A DNA stretch of 64,000 nucleotides from positions 62,001-126,000 of the forward strand of contig QPGO01000090.1 of NCBI GenBank assembly GCA_008632985.1. The letters are read 5' to 3'. The translations under genes and the position numbers were made by a program. This document shows, one piece after another, positions 1-14,100 of the stretch. Below the pieces are notes generated by a model, which did no database searches, had not been told where the DNA came from, and saw nothing but the letters and a program-made list of their open reading frames with translations. The stretch comes from Psammoneis japonica (taxonomy: Eukaryota). How positions within the stretch are numbered: position 1 is the stretch's first letter; each line of letters begins with the position of its first letter.

Positions 1-1649
1 CGGAAAAGATCTTTTTGGAACAATTCATTTTGCTTCATCAAAACGAAGCTGCTGCGATCGTTGTTTTGTTCTTCCAAAACTCAAGAGTACAGTGAATGGC
101 GCAAGCAGTCGGCATATGGCGCAAGCAGTCGGCATTATCAAGCGTCACAACAAAGAATGACTGCCATGGCGACAAAGCTTCCAAAGTTGCGCAAGCTGCT
201 ACAACCAAAAGATAGAGCTAGCCGGTGGCGCTTGGTCGAAAGTAACATAGGCACTAAGTGCTAAGCGCTTATCTTTGGTTTGACCTTTATTTTGTAATAG
301 CCATGCACTAAATTGATAGGTCCTCTTGATAATACTGAATGGATCCACTGCAGACAGTCTGCATTGTGATGTTTTCAATGGATAGCAACACTATCTAACT
401 CTTTCCAGCCTCTTGCTCCTTCAAAAGCTTCCTGTATTCATAAACTCTCAGGTCTCGCCGTTCCATGGCGAACTTCCATTCGTCACGAAGGATTTGACGT
501 TCCTAGTAATGAAGAGAAGCAATGTGAAAGTAGACAGGAGGTTAGATTCAATCGAGAAATTAAGAACTCTCTCCACAGTATCCAACGAATGACACTAACT
601 TCAAAACGACGGTGAATCCGTTGGCTCGGTCGACTACAACGCAACTGTCCCTTGACTGCAAATAAAAACGACAACTAACATCAAAGATACCGCGTCTTTT
701 GCTTGACAACCCCACTGATGAAGTTCACTTCCGTAGGTGGCACAGGTTATGATTCCCAGTCATCACCGACGCACGCGAAAAGAACATACCGTTCCATATG
801 CGACTCTGTGGACTCCCCACATCAATCCAGCTACCGCATTGAAGGCTCCTGCGATAATAAGCAGCGATGGGACTGGTTGCCACGGCATGGTTGTTTGTTT
901 CAGCAAGCAGCGGCGACGACGCAAACAATCACAACGTCAAGAGCGCGATGTTGTGGTGCTTTGCGCGTTCCTTCGCTCAATGCAAATCAACGCGCGAGTG
1001 AACGCGCGAAATAGGAATCGCAAAATTTTCTTTCGATGACGAATGCTTGATGACGCATCATGACGTCGGAACAGCTGCCACGTCGAGGCTAAATTATTCG
1101 CAATAAATTCTGATTCCGCGGAACTCCCTTCGTAGATTTCTACAGGAAGTACTAGAATACTGAAAAATGAAGTGAAAAATGACGTATGTAGAATCTAGTG
1201 GATGCAGTAGATTTGAAGACCCCACGTCCGAATTATACTGAATCCTACGAACCGCGTGAAACACAGTAATTTCTCTACATGCGTGATTTTAGTATGTTTT
1301 GCACGGGCGACCGTACCACCTCTACGTGAATTTTCCCGTAGAAGGGTACCAATTCCAAAACCGCCTTCTCACCTCCGACTCAGCTCGGACGACTGCCATT
1401 TTCCCACTTCCACACCCTTGCAAACAGCCGAATTTGCATTGAAAACCATCACTTTGCTATCAAACCACACAATCCTTCTGTTGCTTTTGCTCATTCGACA
1501 GCTAATAGTATCTGCTGCAACGTCTCAATTCTCCGCATCATCTATTCTTCATTCCAAAGACTGGTTTTCGCAAAAGTCACCGAAACACACTAGTATTTCC
1601 TCATCGCTCATCGCGCATTGCCATCAAACAACTTGATACAACTACCACA

Positions 1650-3113
1650 ATGATTATTGACTCTAACCCTCAAAACAGTGCTGAACAGCACGAAAAGGTC
1701 TGCATCATCGGAAGCGGTAACTGGGGTTCTGCAATCGCTACCCTCGTGGGTCCGAATTGTGAGAAACTTCCAAACTGCGAAGACCGAGTAAACATGTGGG
1801 TCTTTGAAGAAACAGTCCAACTCGAAGACGGCTCATCCCACAAGCTCACAGAAGTCATCAACACACGGCACGAGAACGTCAAGTACTTGCCAGGCATTAC
1901 GCTCCCCGAGAACGTTATTGCCGTCCCCGATCTGAAGGAAGCATGCGAGGGCGCCACGTTGCTAATCTTTGTCCTTCCTCACCAATTCCTACCAAAACTC
2001 CTCCCTACCGTTCGACAAGCCGCTCATCCATCCTGCCGAGGAGTGAGTCTCATCAAGGGTCTTGGTAAGTGCCACACAAAGAAAACATCGTTTCGTTGGT
2101 ACCAAGCATCGTTTTGCATCGGATCGTTTTTTCCATGCGCCATCCGATCCAATGATGTTCAATTTGCCACCTACATACTGATTCCTACGTAGACGCCACG
2201 TACTTATGACTCCCGGGACATGCGCGCCACAAAATGTCTTTGGTCGCGCAACAGCTGTTCAGCCCACCCCATCATTTTTTTGCCCTCCACTTTTTTCTCA
2301 CACTCGGTTGTCACCTTCCACCATATCTTCACAGACTTTTGTCCTGAGACCAAGCTTCCTCAGCACATTTCCAAATCCATCGAGGAAGCCATGGGCGACG
2401 GCTTTCAATGCGGTGTCTTGATGGGCGCCAACGTTGCCAACGAAGTTGCTCAAGGCCAAATGTGCGAGAGTACTCTGGCATCCAACTTTGGTCCTCCCGC
2501 CGATGAGCTTACCCGACTCGTCTTTGACTCGCCGCCGTCCTTTCGCGTTCAGCACGTGACGGACGTTGCTGGTGCCGAGACATGCGGAGCTCTCAAGAAT
2601 GTGATTGCGCTCGGAGCGGGCTTTATCGATGGTCTTGGAATCGGTTCCAATACCAAGGCAGCCTTGCTTAGAGTGGGCCTCGGCGAGATGGCCAAGTTTT
2701 GTCACATGTTTTTTGAAGGAGTCCAAGACGAAACCTTTATGCAATCATGCGGTATGGCCGATCTCATCACCACATGCTACGGCGGACGCAACCGCAAATG
2801 TGCCGAAGCCTTTGCTCGTGAATTTGCCGAGTCTGGTGAGAACCTTAATCCTCAAGCAGAGGACGCTCCCCTTGATCTTGAAGACTTGTGCGAGAGTCGA
2901 TGGGCCAAGATTGAATCTGACCTATTGAACGGACAAAAGCTTCAAGGTACACTCACCGCTAAAGAAGTTCATGCTCTCCTCGAATCGCGAGACATGTTGG
3001 GCTACTTCCCGCTTATCAATACCATTTACGAGATTGCCTTCAAGGGCAAGCCCATCAACACCATTGTTGAGGGCATTGTTGATGTCAAGCCACGCCTTCC
3101 CTCAAGCTTGTGA
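1650..3113 (+). CDS. GPD1: NAD-dependent glycerol-3-phosphate dehydrogenase, 2 exons (1650-2064, 2335-3113)
   Basis: [11 protein letters not shown]ossmann motif, [33 protein letters not shown] and NGQKLQG. Removing the intron 2065-2334 (GTAAGT..ACAG) joins KGL-D-FCPET in frame. Confidence 0.96.
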
Positions 3114-3833
3114 ACAAGGTTGAGAGCTATCCTTCCTGTATATCTTCTTATAAATTTTCTCTTCAAGCCTACCAAGACTATTTCGCCATTGTACTGTACT
3201 GTGACAACGACCAAGTTCTTCGTTTTACGCCCAACAGCTTCAAGACTTGTGTCGTCAACTTATATATTTGCTACCAATGCTGTGTACAACCGTTATCTTT
3301 CCCATGAACAAGTTGGCGCATTGTGCATCCACCACCGTCGCCTAAACTGCCTCTATGGGTTCATGCAACGTAACTGCTAGACAAAGCCATTATCGGCACT
3401 TCATTTTTCCTATCATCAACATTAAGTTTTGCGTTCGAAAGAATTCTGAATGTCACGCATTGCGATTTGGGCTCTATATACGGTAGCAACAGGTGCTATG
3501 ACGATTTTTCGGTTGCTTCGTTGTGCGGGTAGACAGTTTGACATGAATGGATGAGACGAGCAGGCTTAATATAGATATACTCGTTGAAGGCTCTCAAATA
3601 AACTATACAACTCGGTGGCGTTGGACTGCTTGATACCATCCCTGCAGATTTCTTGTGCTCAGAGCGCTTTTCGAGCCAGGAATCAACAATGCTTCGTAAG
3701 TCTACGGCACACTAGCAATGGGTAAATAATTTGTTTTGTGTTCTAAAAGCACTTTATGCATTGTATATCGTTCTGATAATAGCAGTGCGTTACGAGCAAA
3801 CCAAAAATGCTCCTTCTTGCATCTAACGCAACT

Positions 3834-5025
3834 CTATATCTCACCAATCTCACAATCCTCCGTCGCCATGTACAAACCTTCCTCGTCCGTGACAATCCTG
3901 TCAGGATCTTGATGGATAGGAGAAGATGCCATGGCATCCGAGAAAAAGTCCGACGCTTCAAAATGAATCGTATCGTGTGGATGCTTGGTGCTAAAGGGAG
4001 TTTCCAATCCCGTAGAGACGGTTGTAACCGTGCCATCCAAATTCTTGTGTTCCTACAAGAGGGAGAGCAATGCGGTAGCGTGTGAGCAAACAAATGCGGA
4101 TAGTAACGAGCAACCCCGAAACAAAATCACAACAATCCAATCAACTTACACCACTTCGACTTCTGCTTCTCGATCTCAAATCACGAGACAACGGAGGAGC
4201 TCGTCCGTCCGCCTCCTCCTTGGCAACTTCATTGCTCCAGTACAGGGCCTCGTTGCGCCTCCAATTGCTTTCAAACGTGCTTCTCGAGCTTTTTGACGAT
4301 TTGGTAGAACGGGTCATTTTGCTCATGGCCGACGTGTTGCTTCGTCCACGAGGCAGCTCCTTCTTCTTCTTCTTTTCGAGCTGTTTCGCAGCCTCTTCAA
4401 AGCTATCCGAGGTCAAATCCGAGCCCACGTGAAGCACGGTAATTTGTTGCTTCTTTTCCTCAACTCTCGCCATTTCATCTAGCGTATGCGCGGATATAGC
4501 CGAAATACCATCGTCAAAGGTACCGGCATTGTCAATTCCGGATGATTCAGGGATAATCTCCTTGATCAGTGCTGGAGTTTTAAAATAGTGATGTTGCTTT
4601 TTTGGTGGAGCTGATACCGGAAAGGGTTTGCCAAGAGAGTTCTTTGCTGCTTGAGACTCACGAGGAGGAGATCGTCGTCGTTGTTGTTCTTGTGTTGACG
4701 ATTCCGGCAAAGGAGACGCTCGTGGCGACGTTGTTCTTGTTGTTATTGTAGTTTTCCTGTAGTGACTAGACCGACTGGCCTGAACAATGCTACTTTGTGA
4801 TTGTGACGCACGAAACGGACCTGTTGTACAGGAACCAAAGATTCGAGTCATTACCCCGTCAAACACCCCATCGGCTGGATCCTCATGCGTTGTAGATGCA
4901 GTCTCAAACGATCCTTCCTCCCGAGTGATGGAACGAAGCTGCGACCATACGCCATGGAATTTCTCACGGGCCGAAGCCGCCATGGTGGAAGTATCAACCT
5001 GTTCCATTTTCATAGTTTGCAACAT
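3834..5025 (-). CDS. Hypothetical low-complexity Ser/Thr/Arg-rich protein, 2 exons (5025-4150, 4052-3834)
   Basis: The 294-aa ORF ends at a GTAAGT donor (4149). A polypyrimidine+TAG acceptor (4053) joins in phase 0 to EHKNLDGTVTT...EIGEI*. No recognisable domain. Confidence 0.7.
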
Positions 5026-5588
5026 ACTCTAATTGTTTGAGTTTTTTATTGTAATGGGAGTTGACTTTCAACTCCTCTTGAGAATGACAAAACTCTCGCT
5101 ATATAAAAATGGACTGATCGTGTTCAGCTACAAGGTTTAGTGGGTCGAAGGAGGTTAGCGATGTCACAACTTTTCATCACTCCACACGAGCCGTGTGAAG
5201 CATCGCACAAACATGGTTACTGCCAGAAGTGAATATGTTCATTTACAACACGAAATTTTACTTGCTTAACAAAAAATCTATGTAGATATACGTGAGGTTT
5301 CTTTTCAATAATTAAATTACTACCCAACGGATGCGTCTTATCGCCGTCGAGTCCCGTATAGAATGTTAATTTAATAATTAGAAGACGAATATATTTTGTG
5401 TGCTTTCATTTTATCTTTAGCCCTAAGAGTAAATATGTATATTACCTCTAATTAGATCGCCGTCTCACCAGGTTCGATTTTTGGCGGGAACACTTGAATA
5501 CTCTATTAAGCTACGTATATATATTCCATGTACGTTGAGCGAAGGAAAGTTCCAACCGGTTCCAAGCCTTCACTTTTTTTCCACGACC

Positions 5589-6413
5589 ATGGTTTCGCTC
5601 AAATTTTTGCTCTCTATCGTTTGCTTGACAGCGCTTGTAAGCGCGACCAATGCCTTTTCGGTTGCAAGCGTAAAACATGCCATTCATCATCTGCAGGCAT
5701 CGCCTCCAAAAGACACTGTCCAAGACCTTGCCAATCAAGTGATTCGGCGTCGCGACGGCGGCGAGATTTTGGCGCATTGTGTCAAGCCAAAAACCACCAA
5801 AAGAACGAAACCAGCCGTGCTCCTTTTGATTCATGAATTCTTTGGATTGTCACGTTCCATTTGTGACAAGGCACAGGGTCTGGCTGACGATTTGGATTGT
5901 GTCGTTGTCGCGCCCGACACGTTTCGGGGCGAATCGTCCACGTTTATTCCAAAATGCATTTGGCTGGCTCTGACGACGCCACAAGACCGAGTCAATGGTG
6001 ATTTGGATGACGTAGTGTCGTGGATAGAAAGCGAAATGGATGTTTCAAACATGGCAATCATGGGATTTTGTTATGGAGGTGGCAAGGCGATTCGATACAC
6101 GACGGAACGTCAACCCGACCTGCCGACCGTGGTTTGCTACGGAAAGCCCGTGACGGATGTTGAGGCGCTTTCGAAACTATCCAAACCAGTCTTGGGGATT
6201 TTTGGCGCAAATGATGTGCAGTTTCCACCATCCATGTTGGAGTCCTTTCGCATTGCCTTGGATCAAGCCAAGGTCGAATCGGATGTCGTCGTGTACGATG
6301 GCGTGGGACACGCGTTTTGGACCGACATGGAGCAGATTCGTCGTGGAGATGAACCCCAAACGCAAGCATACCAGCAAATCACAACTTTTCTCAAGAAGCA
6401 ATTCAATGCCTAA
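5589..6413 (+). CDS. Dienelactone hydrolase family protein, probably plastid-targeted
   Basis: LLIHEFFGL, GFCYGG nucleophile motif, FGANDV and YDGVGHAF. Signal peptide ends TNA-FSV (ASAFAP-like). Confidence 0.92.
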   Translation: MVSLKFLLSIVCLTALVSATNAFSVASVKHAIHHLQASPPKDTVQDLANQVIRRRDGGEILAHCVKPKTTKRTKPAVLLLIHEFFGLSRSICDKAQGLADDLDCVVVAPDTFRGESSTFIPKCIWLALTTPQDRVNGDLDDVVSWIESEMDVSNMAIMGFCYGGGKAIRYTTERQPDLPTVVCYGKPVTDVEALSKLSKPVLGIFGANDVQFPPSMLESFRIALDQAKVESDVVVYDGVGHAFWTDMEQIRRGDEPQTQAYQQITTFLKKQFNA

Positions 6414-6515
6414 TGCAATGAATGATTTTTGAATTTGGTTCATGGGCAGCCCTCCGTTTTGGAAGTTAGGCTGCAGTGAGAGAATGGAATTCATGGGTAT
6501 AGACGTCTGCAGCAG

Positions 6516-7170
6516 TTGACTGCGGAGCACAGTGATACCGGTATTGTTTTCGGTACTCAGAAGAAGAAGAAGAAGCGTACAAAAATTGATCACAAAGACA
6601 GTCTGGACCCAACAATGGACAGTGTCGACGAGCAGCATCAACTACCGCTTTCGGAGCTATTTCTCAAGACTCTCGACTATCTTCCCTTTCATGATGTGAG
6701 ATCTGTGCTCTCAACATGCAAGAGTAGCCAGTCACTTCCCCGAGCTCATAAAGGCCCTCCGCATTCTTCGTCCCCATCGCAGCTTCACACACTCGTTGGC
6801 ACGACAATGACACTGCAATAGTGTGGAGATAGTCTGTCTTTTGTATTCTTCCATTCTTTCAATCTTTTTTTTTTCAGATACAGGAACTCGAAAACGGAGA
6901 CAAACTCAAGGGTGTCGTTTCTGGATATGGAAGCCCCTCTGGGTTCGTCTATTCGTTTTCCGACATCCCCGAGGATTCCGGTGCCCTGATTCGTGTCCTT
7001 GTGCAGACTTTTTCTGGCGCATTTCAGGCCGGTTTATTGTCACAAGATCTAAGTAGATGGGTTGGTAGCGTTTGAGAATGGGGACTTTAAAAGTTATGGT
7101 TGCGAGCCTATACCAGGTGAGGGAAGCCCCTGCAAGCTCTGCCGCACCGTATACTTCCCCTAAGAATGGT
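6516..7170 (+). pseudogene. Disrupted gene with possible F-box-like N-terminus; TpA-intact paralogue of 18580-19260
   Basis: LPLSELFLKTLDYLPFHDVRSVLSTCK resembles an F-box. The frame breaks afterwards. Aligns by eye with 18580-19260. Confidence 0.4.
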
Positions 7171-7847
7171 TCGCTCAACGCACCAAACTCTCGAGAGAGA
7201 TCGTGCATGCAAGTATTGCGTTCGAAACAAGCGTCGTTTCTATGCCATCTCACGCAGACCTGGAGGAGACTCTGTATTTCACGAAAACAAGCCGCTTGTT
7301 TGTCTTCAAGTACTCACTTGTCAAGTGGCACCCAATTGTTTTAGACTGCCTCGGCTCTGGGACAAAATCTATCTGGAATTCAAGAAAGAGAAAAGAGTCC
7401 ATCAGCATTATGTCTACCATTGGGGGGGGGGATACGTTAGAGGCAATTCGATTGTTAGTGACTACTAGGTACGGCTGCCGTTACCATGCAACTTCTTTTA
7501 TCTGTGGTGAGGATGTAAGCCAGGACCGATTCTTCCTTGATCTGGACGTGTTCGAAGAAGTCAAGAAAGATATCTTCGCGTCAGGCTCGGTCGGCGGGGA
7601 AAGATCTCTGTAGTTGGGGTCTTTTAAGTTCTTCATTTCAAATTCACTCTAAGAATAAGACATGTGGGTGGGGAGAATGGAAGCTCATTTGAAACTAGTA
7701 GAGTAGTAGTTTTCTAAACCAGTACGTCGTACGGAACCAAAACTCGGCGGATTCGCTGGAAGCGCGAGGCTTCTTACTCGGCACCCAGCCTTTGCTGTGG
7801 TTGTAGCGTTTGACAGACAAATGCGGCTACGGTGCTTGCGTTGACCG

Positions 7848-7852
<5 letters not shown>

Positions 7853-7880
<28 letters not shown>
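7853..7880. repeat. (CT)14 microsatellite
   Basis: Directly visible. Confidence 0.95.
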
Positions 7881-7884
<4 letters not shown>

Positions 7885-8330
7885 GACAACCAAGAGGCAA
7901 GTCTAAATGCGTTTCGTCCAGACAGGAACGACGTCAGAATCGTGGATGTTCGCCACCTTTCTCCTTTATTTGTCTTCACATTCGAGAGAAGATGAACGCA
8001 TGGTGCCACCTCGGTGCAAGCACGGATTGCAGAGTCGCCAATGAGGGATTGCAGCTCTATCTGAAAAAGCAATGCCTGTTACGCACGTGTCTGCAAAATT
8101 CTAGAGGGTGTAGCAAATTTGTTGTTTTGTGGAGTGAGTCCCACCGTACACTAAATCAAAGAAAAAAGACGACTTGGAAGATCTTTCCCGAAAGTGATGC
8201 AAAAGATCGTAATCTTATATCATGTGATACTTAAAAACCCAGCCTTTGCTACTCGCTTTACACAAGACGATACTGATGTTCGTCGCACCGAATCGGCCTT
8301 ATCAATGTCATCAATATCCGCAGGTGCGAC

Positions 8331-9684
8331 TCAAAATTTCTTGATCAGCTCGTTGATCTTGTCTTGATCTTTCCGCCAAGTCGCCAAGTTTCCACACTGC
8401 TTCTTGGGCTCCTTCCAGTCGTTCAGCTGGCACTCTCTGGAGCAATAGCAAACGACCTTGCATCTCCCGCACTTCTTCAGATCCTTGGGTGGCTTGAAGC
8501 ATGACAAATTGTTGCAACACTGAAAGCTCACGTCACCGCTGTACTCATACTCTCCGGGCTGCGCAAAGCCTCCAAACCGATTGTTGAAACCCTTGTCCAA
8601 ACCTTCTACAAGATCATCTTTGATAGCCCGATAAATCTCTAAACGCTCCTGGTACTTGTTAGGGGTGCTGAGGTGGAAGCCGCTCTCCACACATTTCTTC
8701 TCAAATTCAATGACAAAGTGTCCATGCCCCTTGCCGAAATGTACTTCTTCATCACACAAAGCAAAGATAAGCCTCTGATCTTCAGCTGCTCGGCTGCTAT
8801 CCCACTCAGAATCGTACGGCTCCCGAATCTGTTTCACCACACGTTTCGCTTCACGAATCCTAGCATGTTGGGTCTTGTCTGCGTACGTGATGGGTTCGAT
8901 AGAGCCCATCTGAATAGCGCTTTCTTCTCGAGTGATATGGATGTCGCGAACTGTCACGAAAAACATCGTGAGCGCTTCCGCCCATTTGATGTAATCATAA
9001 GAGTTCCAGCAAAAATTAATTTGGCTCATGCGGGGATGTTCCGCAAACGCGGCATCACACAAGAGTCTCCAACGGAAGCCGTAATTCTTCTCGTCCTCTG
9101 TCAGCGGACGGATAGGACTACGCCGGTCTTCTGAGCACGGTCCACCTCCGAACAATCCCAAGAAGAGTTTGATTTCTTTACCAAAGTCTAATTCTTTTTC
9201 TGGCACGATGAAATCTTCATTGTTGCCCGAGTGCTTTTTTCCAACTTCTTCATTCGCCTTCGAGAAACTTCCTCCAGTAACGCTAGTTGATCCATTTCCT
9301 CTTTAGTTCGCATAAGGCTTTGTGATTCATCAGGAGGGTTCTTTATGTAATACTCTTCTATTAGATCTTCTCCGACATCGCGATCATAAATGTCGTCCAT
9401 TTCGATCTCAAGCTCAGTTGAAATATAGCGCACGACACCCAGATACGCCGCATAATGTTCAGTTGTATTAGGAGGAAGTGGCTCATCTGGGCACAGCAGG
9501 CCAACAGCCACCTGTGACACCAAGAAAATTCTCTGCTGGGACTGAGCCTCACAAATAGTGGCAGGTCCTCGGGAGTGTCATCGCAGGAGGCTTCGGCAGC
9601 ATCGGAGTAATGACAGCATCCCGCGGCAAAGAGACGTGCTGCGGCCCCTGTCAGTTTGGCGGGAAAGCGTTTGTTCCTCGCCAT
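8331..9684 (-). pseudogene. MYND zinc-finger protein gene with two apparent 1-bp frameshifts (pseudogene or assembly error)
   Basis: C-terminal C..C...KKCGRCKVVCYCSRECQLNDWKEPKKQC MYND motif. Three overlapping ORFs (9684-9361, 9523-9188, 9206-8331) join through single-base shifts near 9525 and at the T6 run near 9235. Confidence 0.75.
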
Positions 9685-12600
9685 TGCTCGTTGGATTCTC
9701 GTAGAATGGGCAGAAGCGTCGCAGCTCAGAATCTACAGCTCGGCTCGGGGCTGTTCGTCACGCTGAATACTGAATACACTATCAACCATGCAATGAACAG
9801 AGAACAAACAACTTGTAAACTTGTTTAGTAGTCAGGTGAGGATTTTGCGGGGTGTGGCGCTGTTGACAATAAGCCCCCCCGCCAGTTTCAGCAATGCTGC
9901 TGTCTGTCTGTATTCAAGCACCTGCGACACGGCCCCCACCCAGTCCCCCTTGTGCAAAAAAATCCGTTGATGCGACAACAGCCGTCGCGCCATAATTTTT
10001 TCACTTCATCGATGGTTTTCCTTTCAACAAGAGCGTTGGTCAAGAGAAGCCTCCTGCGTGTTGTCGTTGTCATACCTGCACTCGAAGCAATGCTTGTAAA
10101 GATGGTCAAGTCCTTCACACGACTTAAGAAGTTGAAGCAAAGCACATCTCAAAGTCAGTGCCCCCCCTTTGAACAAGTGCGAAAGAGGAGGGTGTGATGC
10201 TGAATGATGTGCTGGAAAGCAAAAGGAAGTTGACAAAGCCAGTCGATTCAAATGGAGGTGTGATCAACTTAAGAAAAGCAAAAAAATCATGAAAGAATTA
10301 AAGCTTGAGTTGACTTAGATCAAAAACATGCAAATGGCACACATCAAAGGGCCAGGGCACAAGAAGAGGGGCTGCAACGAAACTCGCCACACGAGCCCAG
10401 ATGCTTCAAGGTGCAAGTCATCAGAGAAAGTTTGACTCAGGTTCTGAAAAAGGTTGAGCCAGATTTCCTTTTAGCACTGCCACAGGGCTGCAGAAACAAC
10501 CTTGTCAAGAAGAGTGCTTTGAGCAATTGCTTTTCTCTGCATCACACAAGAAGCATTTTTTGATGCTCCCGAGTCTTTGGCAGATTGCAGCACCTCCACA
10601 AGCAATCTCAACTCAGTTGGGGATGCCCCAGCATTGAGCCCAAGGATGCATTGAAGCCTGTGTTGTGTGAAAAAATGACTGAGTTGAGTGTGAAAAAGAA
10701 AAACAAATGACCCCCACTGTCATGCTGATGTGGAGCACCAGCAGCAAAAAGAGCAACTTCTTGCTGCTGGACCACATTAAAGTGCCAACTCATCCAACTG
10801 TGGTGCCACAGGAGTTTGTTCATTCACAATGCCCTTGCATGCACCCAAACATCAACAGCACAGCAAACAGTTGGCGGTGGTGACCAATGTGCTTCTTGGT
10901 GTCATGGCCCTTCCCTCATGTGAGCACTGCATTTGCAACACCTCTGTCAGGTGGGGATGTGGATGAAACCTCTGACCCAGTGCACAGGTCTGCCCAAGGC
11001 TTCACTTTTCTTTGCTTGATGAGGTGGGAACTGAGCATGCACCTGGATCAGGTTGGAAGTGCTTTTCTTGCTCAGCGGCAGAGTTTTTGAGCACACAAGA
11101 GCTGAGCACAGCAGCACAAGATTTGCAAGCAGCACTGCACCTGTTTTCTCAGAATGAATGGTGACAGGAGGGTTGGGAGCATGGAATTGACACAAGTGCT
11201 CAAACTGCAGCAAGCTTGTGAAATTGTGCAATGGTTTGCTTCTGCGTGTTGTGTCAAAGGCTGTCAAACACCAACTTCCTGATGGGATCATTTGTGCAGT
11301 TCCGAGAAGCCATTTTTCTTTTTGCCTCACAAAGAGGTGAGCAGCAGTGACAGTGAACTGGCAGGTCACAGAGAGCCAGACAATGGAAAAGCCCTTTTCA
11401 TCAATCTTCCCAGTCAAAGCACAAGCTGCCTCAACACATTTCTGACTTTTCACAAGGGCAAGTTGTCCTTGGGTAAATTTCACAATCTGTTGGCCTGTTT
11501 TGGAGATGAGGGTTTGCAACAAACAATGCTTGTCAACAGTTTGAACCTCCATGGTGTGACACAACCTCAAGCAGCTAAAGCCCAAAGGATCGACAAAGTG
11601 AGGGACAGATGCAGTGGGGTGATGGACAAATGGGCCTTTGTTGAGGGGGGTGGGTGAAGAGAAGTGTGGTGTGTGTGTGACTCCAAGGTGCTGGACAGGG
11701 CGGCAGCTTGGTGGAGAGGGCATGGAGGAGCTTGTGGTTGAGTTTTGGGGCATGCCATGCAAGTGGTCTGCTGGAGACTTGGTGATGGCACAGCTGGTGC
11801 CACAATGGAGCGCAGTGTGCAAAAACTTGTTGTTGCTCCAAACTGCTGCATCAGATGGAAACATGCCTTGTGAGGAGCATTTCTTGTGAAAGAGAATGCA
11901 TCAAAGCAGGTGAGTGGGGGGAAGAGAAACTGAGTTCCAGGGTGGATGGGGGGGAAGCTTCTGCTGGCAACTTGCTGGAAGAAGAGCCAAATGAGAGTTG
12001 TTGGCAGCCAAAGCAGGCAACAATCAAGAGAGCCCAGGTGACAAACAGCAAGAACAGAGTGATGTGCTTTTTGTGGTTGAGGCAGCCAGAGTCACAGTGG
12101 GCCCATGTGCTTTTTTGCCGTTTCCCTGGAGCCCCCTCTTTGTGAGCACAGACAAGCCTCTGAAGGAGCTTGAGGAGGAGGAAAGAGCTTCCAAACAGTT
12201 GCATCAATGGCCATGCATGCACAGCAGAAGGGAAAAGCACATTGTGGCAAAAGTTTGAGCTGGGCACCTGGGCTCATCATGATCTTTGGGGCACTTTGCT
12301 GCTCTTTCTCACTGTGTGCTTTAGTCCAGCCATCAGGCATGCCATTGGCCAAGTCACAGCTGCAAAAATCTGAAAGGTGCAAGCGGCAAAGGACTCTAAA
12401 AATGGGAAAGGATCAAAAATGGAAGTGGGAGAAAAAAGTGCTTCTTCTGACAAGGTGCACAAAGCTCAGACCTTGTTTTCTTTGCACATGGTCCTTCTTC
12501 TTGGAAGCAACAGTGTCAGCAGCATTTGCCACTTTTGCTCCTCATGCCAGGCAGCCACAAGCAAATCTGTTTTGATGACAGCTCATTTGGATGTGATGAT

Positions 12601-13618
12601 TCCACCATGAATGTCAAGGAATGGAATCTCTCGAGCCCCAAATGACTCAAGAGACAGTGGTGGGGAGAAAAGAAGAACCCGCCAGCACCCTGCACCTTTG
12701 CGCTGGCATGTGATTTGAAGCAAATGAATCTGCACAGCCACAGCATCATAAAGAACACAGCTCATGCCAAGGCAACCACACAGTCTTTCACAAAGCAGGA
12801 GCATGTGATGGAGAGGAGCACCCAATGTCTGGAATGCAAAACAACAACTTGTGCATCTGAAGTGGACTGCATGCAATGTCGTCACTTGTTGAACAAGCTA
12901 CACTCCCAAGCTCCTTTGTTTTTGAGAAAGAACAAGAGCGCAGATGAGGCATGCTGAGAGTCTCGCTGTGTTGAACAGCAAAAGCAATGATCAAAAGAAG
13001 AAAGAAGAGATGGAAAGAGCTGTGGTGAGCCAATCATGCAGTGTGGGTGCAGGCAGAGAAAGGCAGTCCACAGAAGAATTGCACTCAAATTTGGAAAAAC
13101 TGGCAACAACAGTTTGGAGTTAGAGCACAAGTGCTGTTGTTCCAAGTCCTGCCTGCAGCCTTGTGATGCATGTTGTTTGATCTGGCATGTTTGCTCATTG
13201 CAAAGATTGTGGCACAGCAAGACATGGCAACTGTGGTGCAACAGAGAACACCAGGTCAAATGCAAAGGGTGTTAAGTTTGGCAGCAACAAGAAAAAAATG
13301 CAAGCAGAAAGGCAAAGGCAGGGGCAACAAGAAACCACAACTGGCACAAAAGTTGGTGAAAACACAAGTGCTGGCTGAGCTGTCAAGCAACAATGAAGAC
13401 AACAAGGAGGAAGAGGAACAATGCAAGAGTGCCACAAACCCACTGGAGGCTGCTGTTCAAATGACAACAACAGCATGTTGCAGAGCCAGCCCAGCCCAAG
13501 TGGTGCTTGCAACTGTCCTGGCACATGAAGCCAATCCTGGCCAGCAAACAACATCACAGCAACCAGCAAACAGGGCAGCAAAAAATTAGAGATGACTGGC
13601 TTCTGAGCACGTGGTGCA

Positions 13619-14100
13619 CCTTGTCACTCAGCAAATTCTGATTTTTGTCTCAGCAAAGGCAATGACAACATTTTCAACAGGAATCGTTCGAAAATGTCGT
13701 GTGGGTCATAATTGACATTTTGCACGAGGAAAACCACCACAAAATCGCGCAGAAATGTGCACAATGTCACGCGAGAGAGTGATCAGAGCTGATGACTTTT
13801 CGGGAACTGAGTTGAAATGCCATCTGATTGACGGCGTTGGCCTTCACCATGTGAATCAAAATGCCGTCAATCAGACAGCATTTCAATTGATTTCCTGAGA
13901 AATTGACACTCGTGTGCGGATGGATGGACAGACTGACGACAATTGTTTTTAGTGCTCTCCTGCACAATTTCTGCGTGGTGACTCTCAGGACCCGAATGAC
14001 TCCCATTGGCAAATCCACTGCCTGCAATCTAAAAAAAGGATCTTCAAAAGTTGTGATGACAAAATCAGCATTTTTGTTTGTCAGGCATTTGGTGACAAGG
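13619..14100. mobile_element. Fold-back MITE-like element, about 480 bp
   Basis: Ends CCTTGTCAC..GTGACAAGG with subterminal inverted match (CTGATTTT..GTC). Central hairpin about 13800-13900 (GTTGAAATGC.ATCTGATTGACGGC / GCCGTCAATCAGAC.GCATTTCAA). No clear TSD. Confidence 0.65.

Noticed and set aside
61..1039. Short ORFs and a 20-bp duplication near 97-137
   Set aside because: No recognisable domain or consistent gene structure.
7170..8145. About 1 kb present in the intact copy but absent from the 19.26 kb paralogue, as a mobile element
   Set aside because: No TIR, TSD or Helitron ends found. It may equally be a deletion in the other copy.
10000..13500. Possible decayed DNA-transposon (Plavaka/CACTA-like) ORF
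   Set aside because: Only a weak KFHNLL..FG resemblance. No termini or catalytic motifs could be supported.
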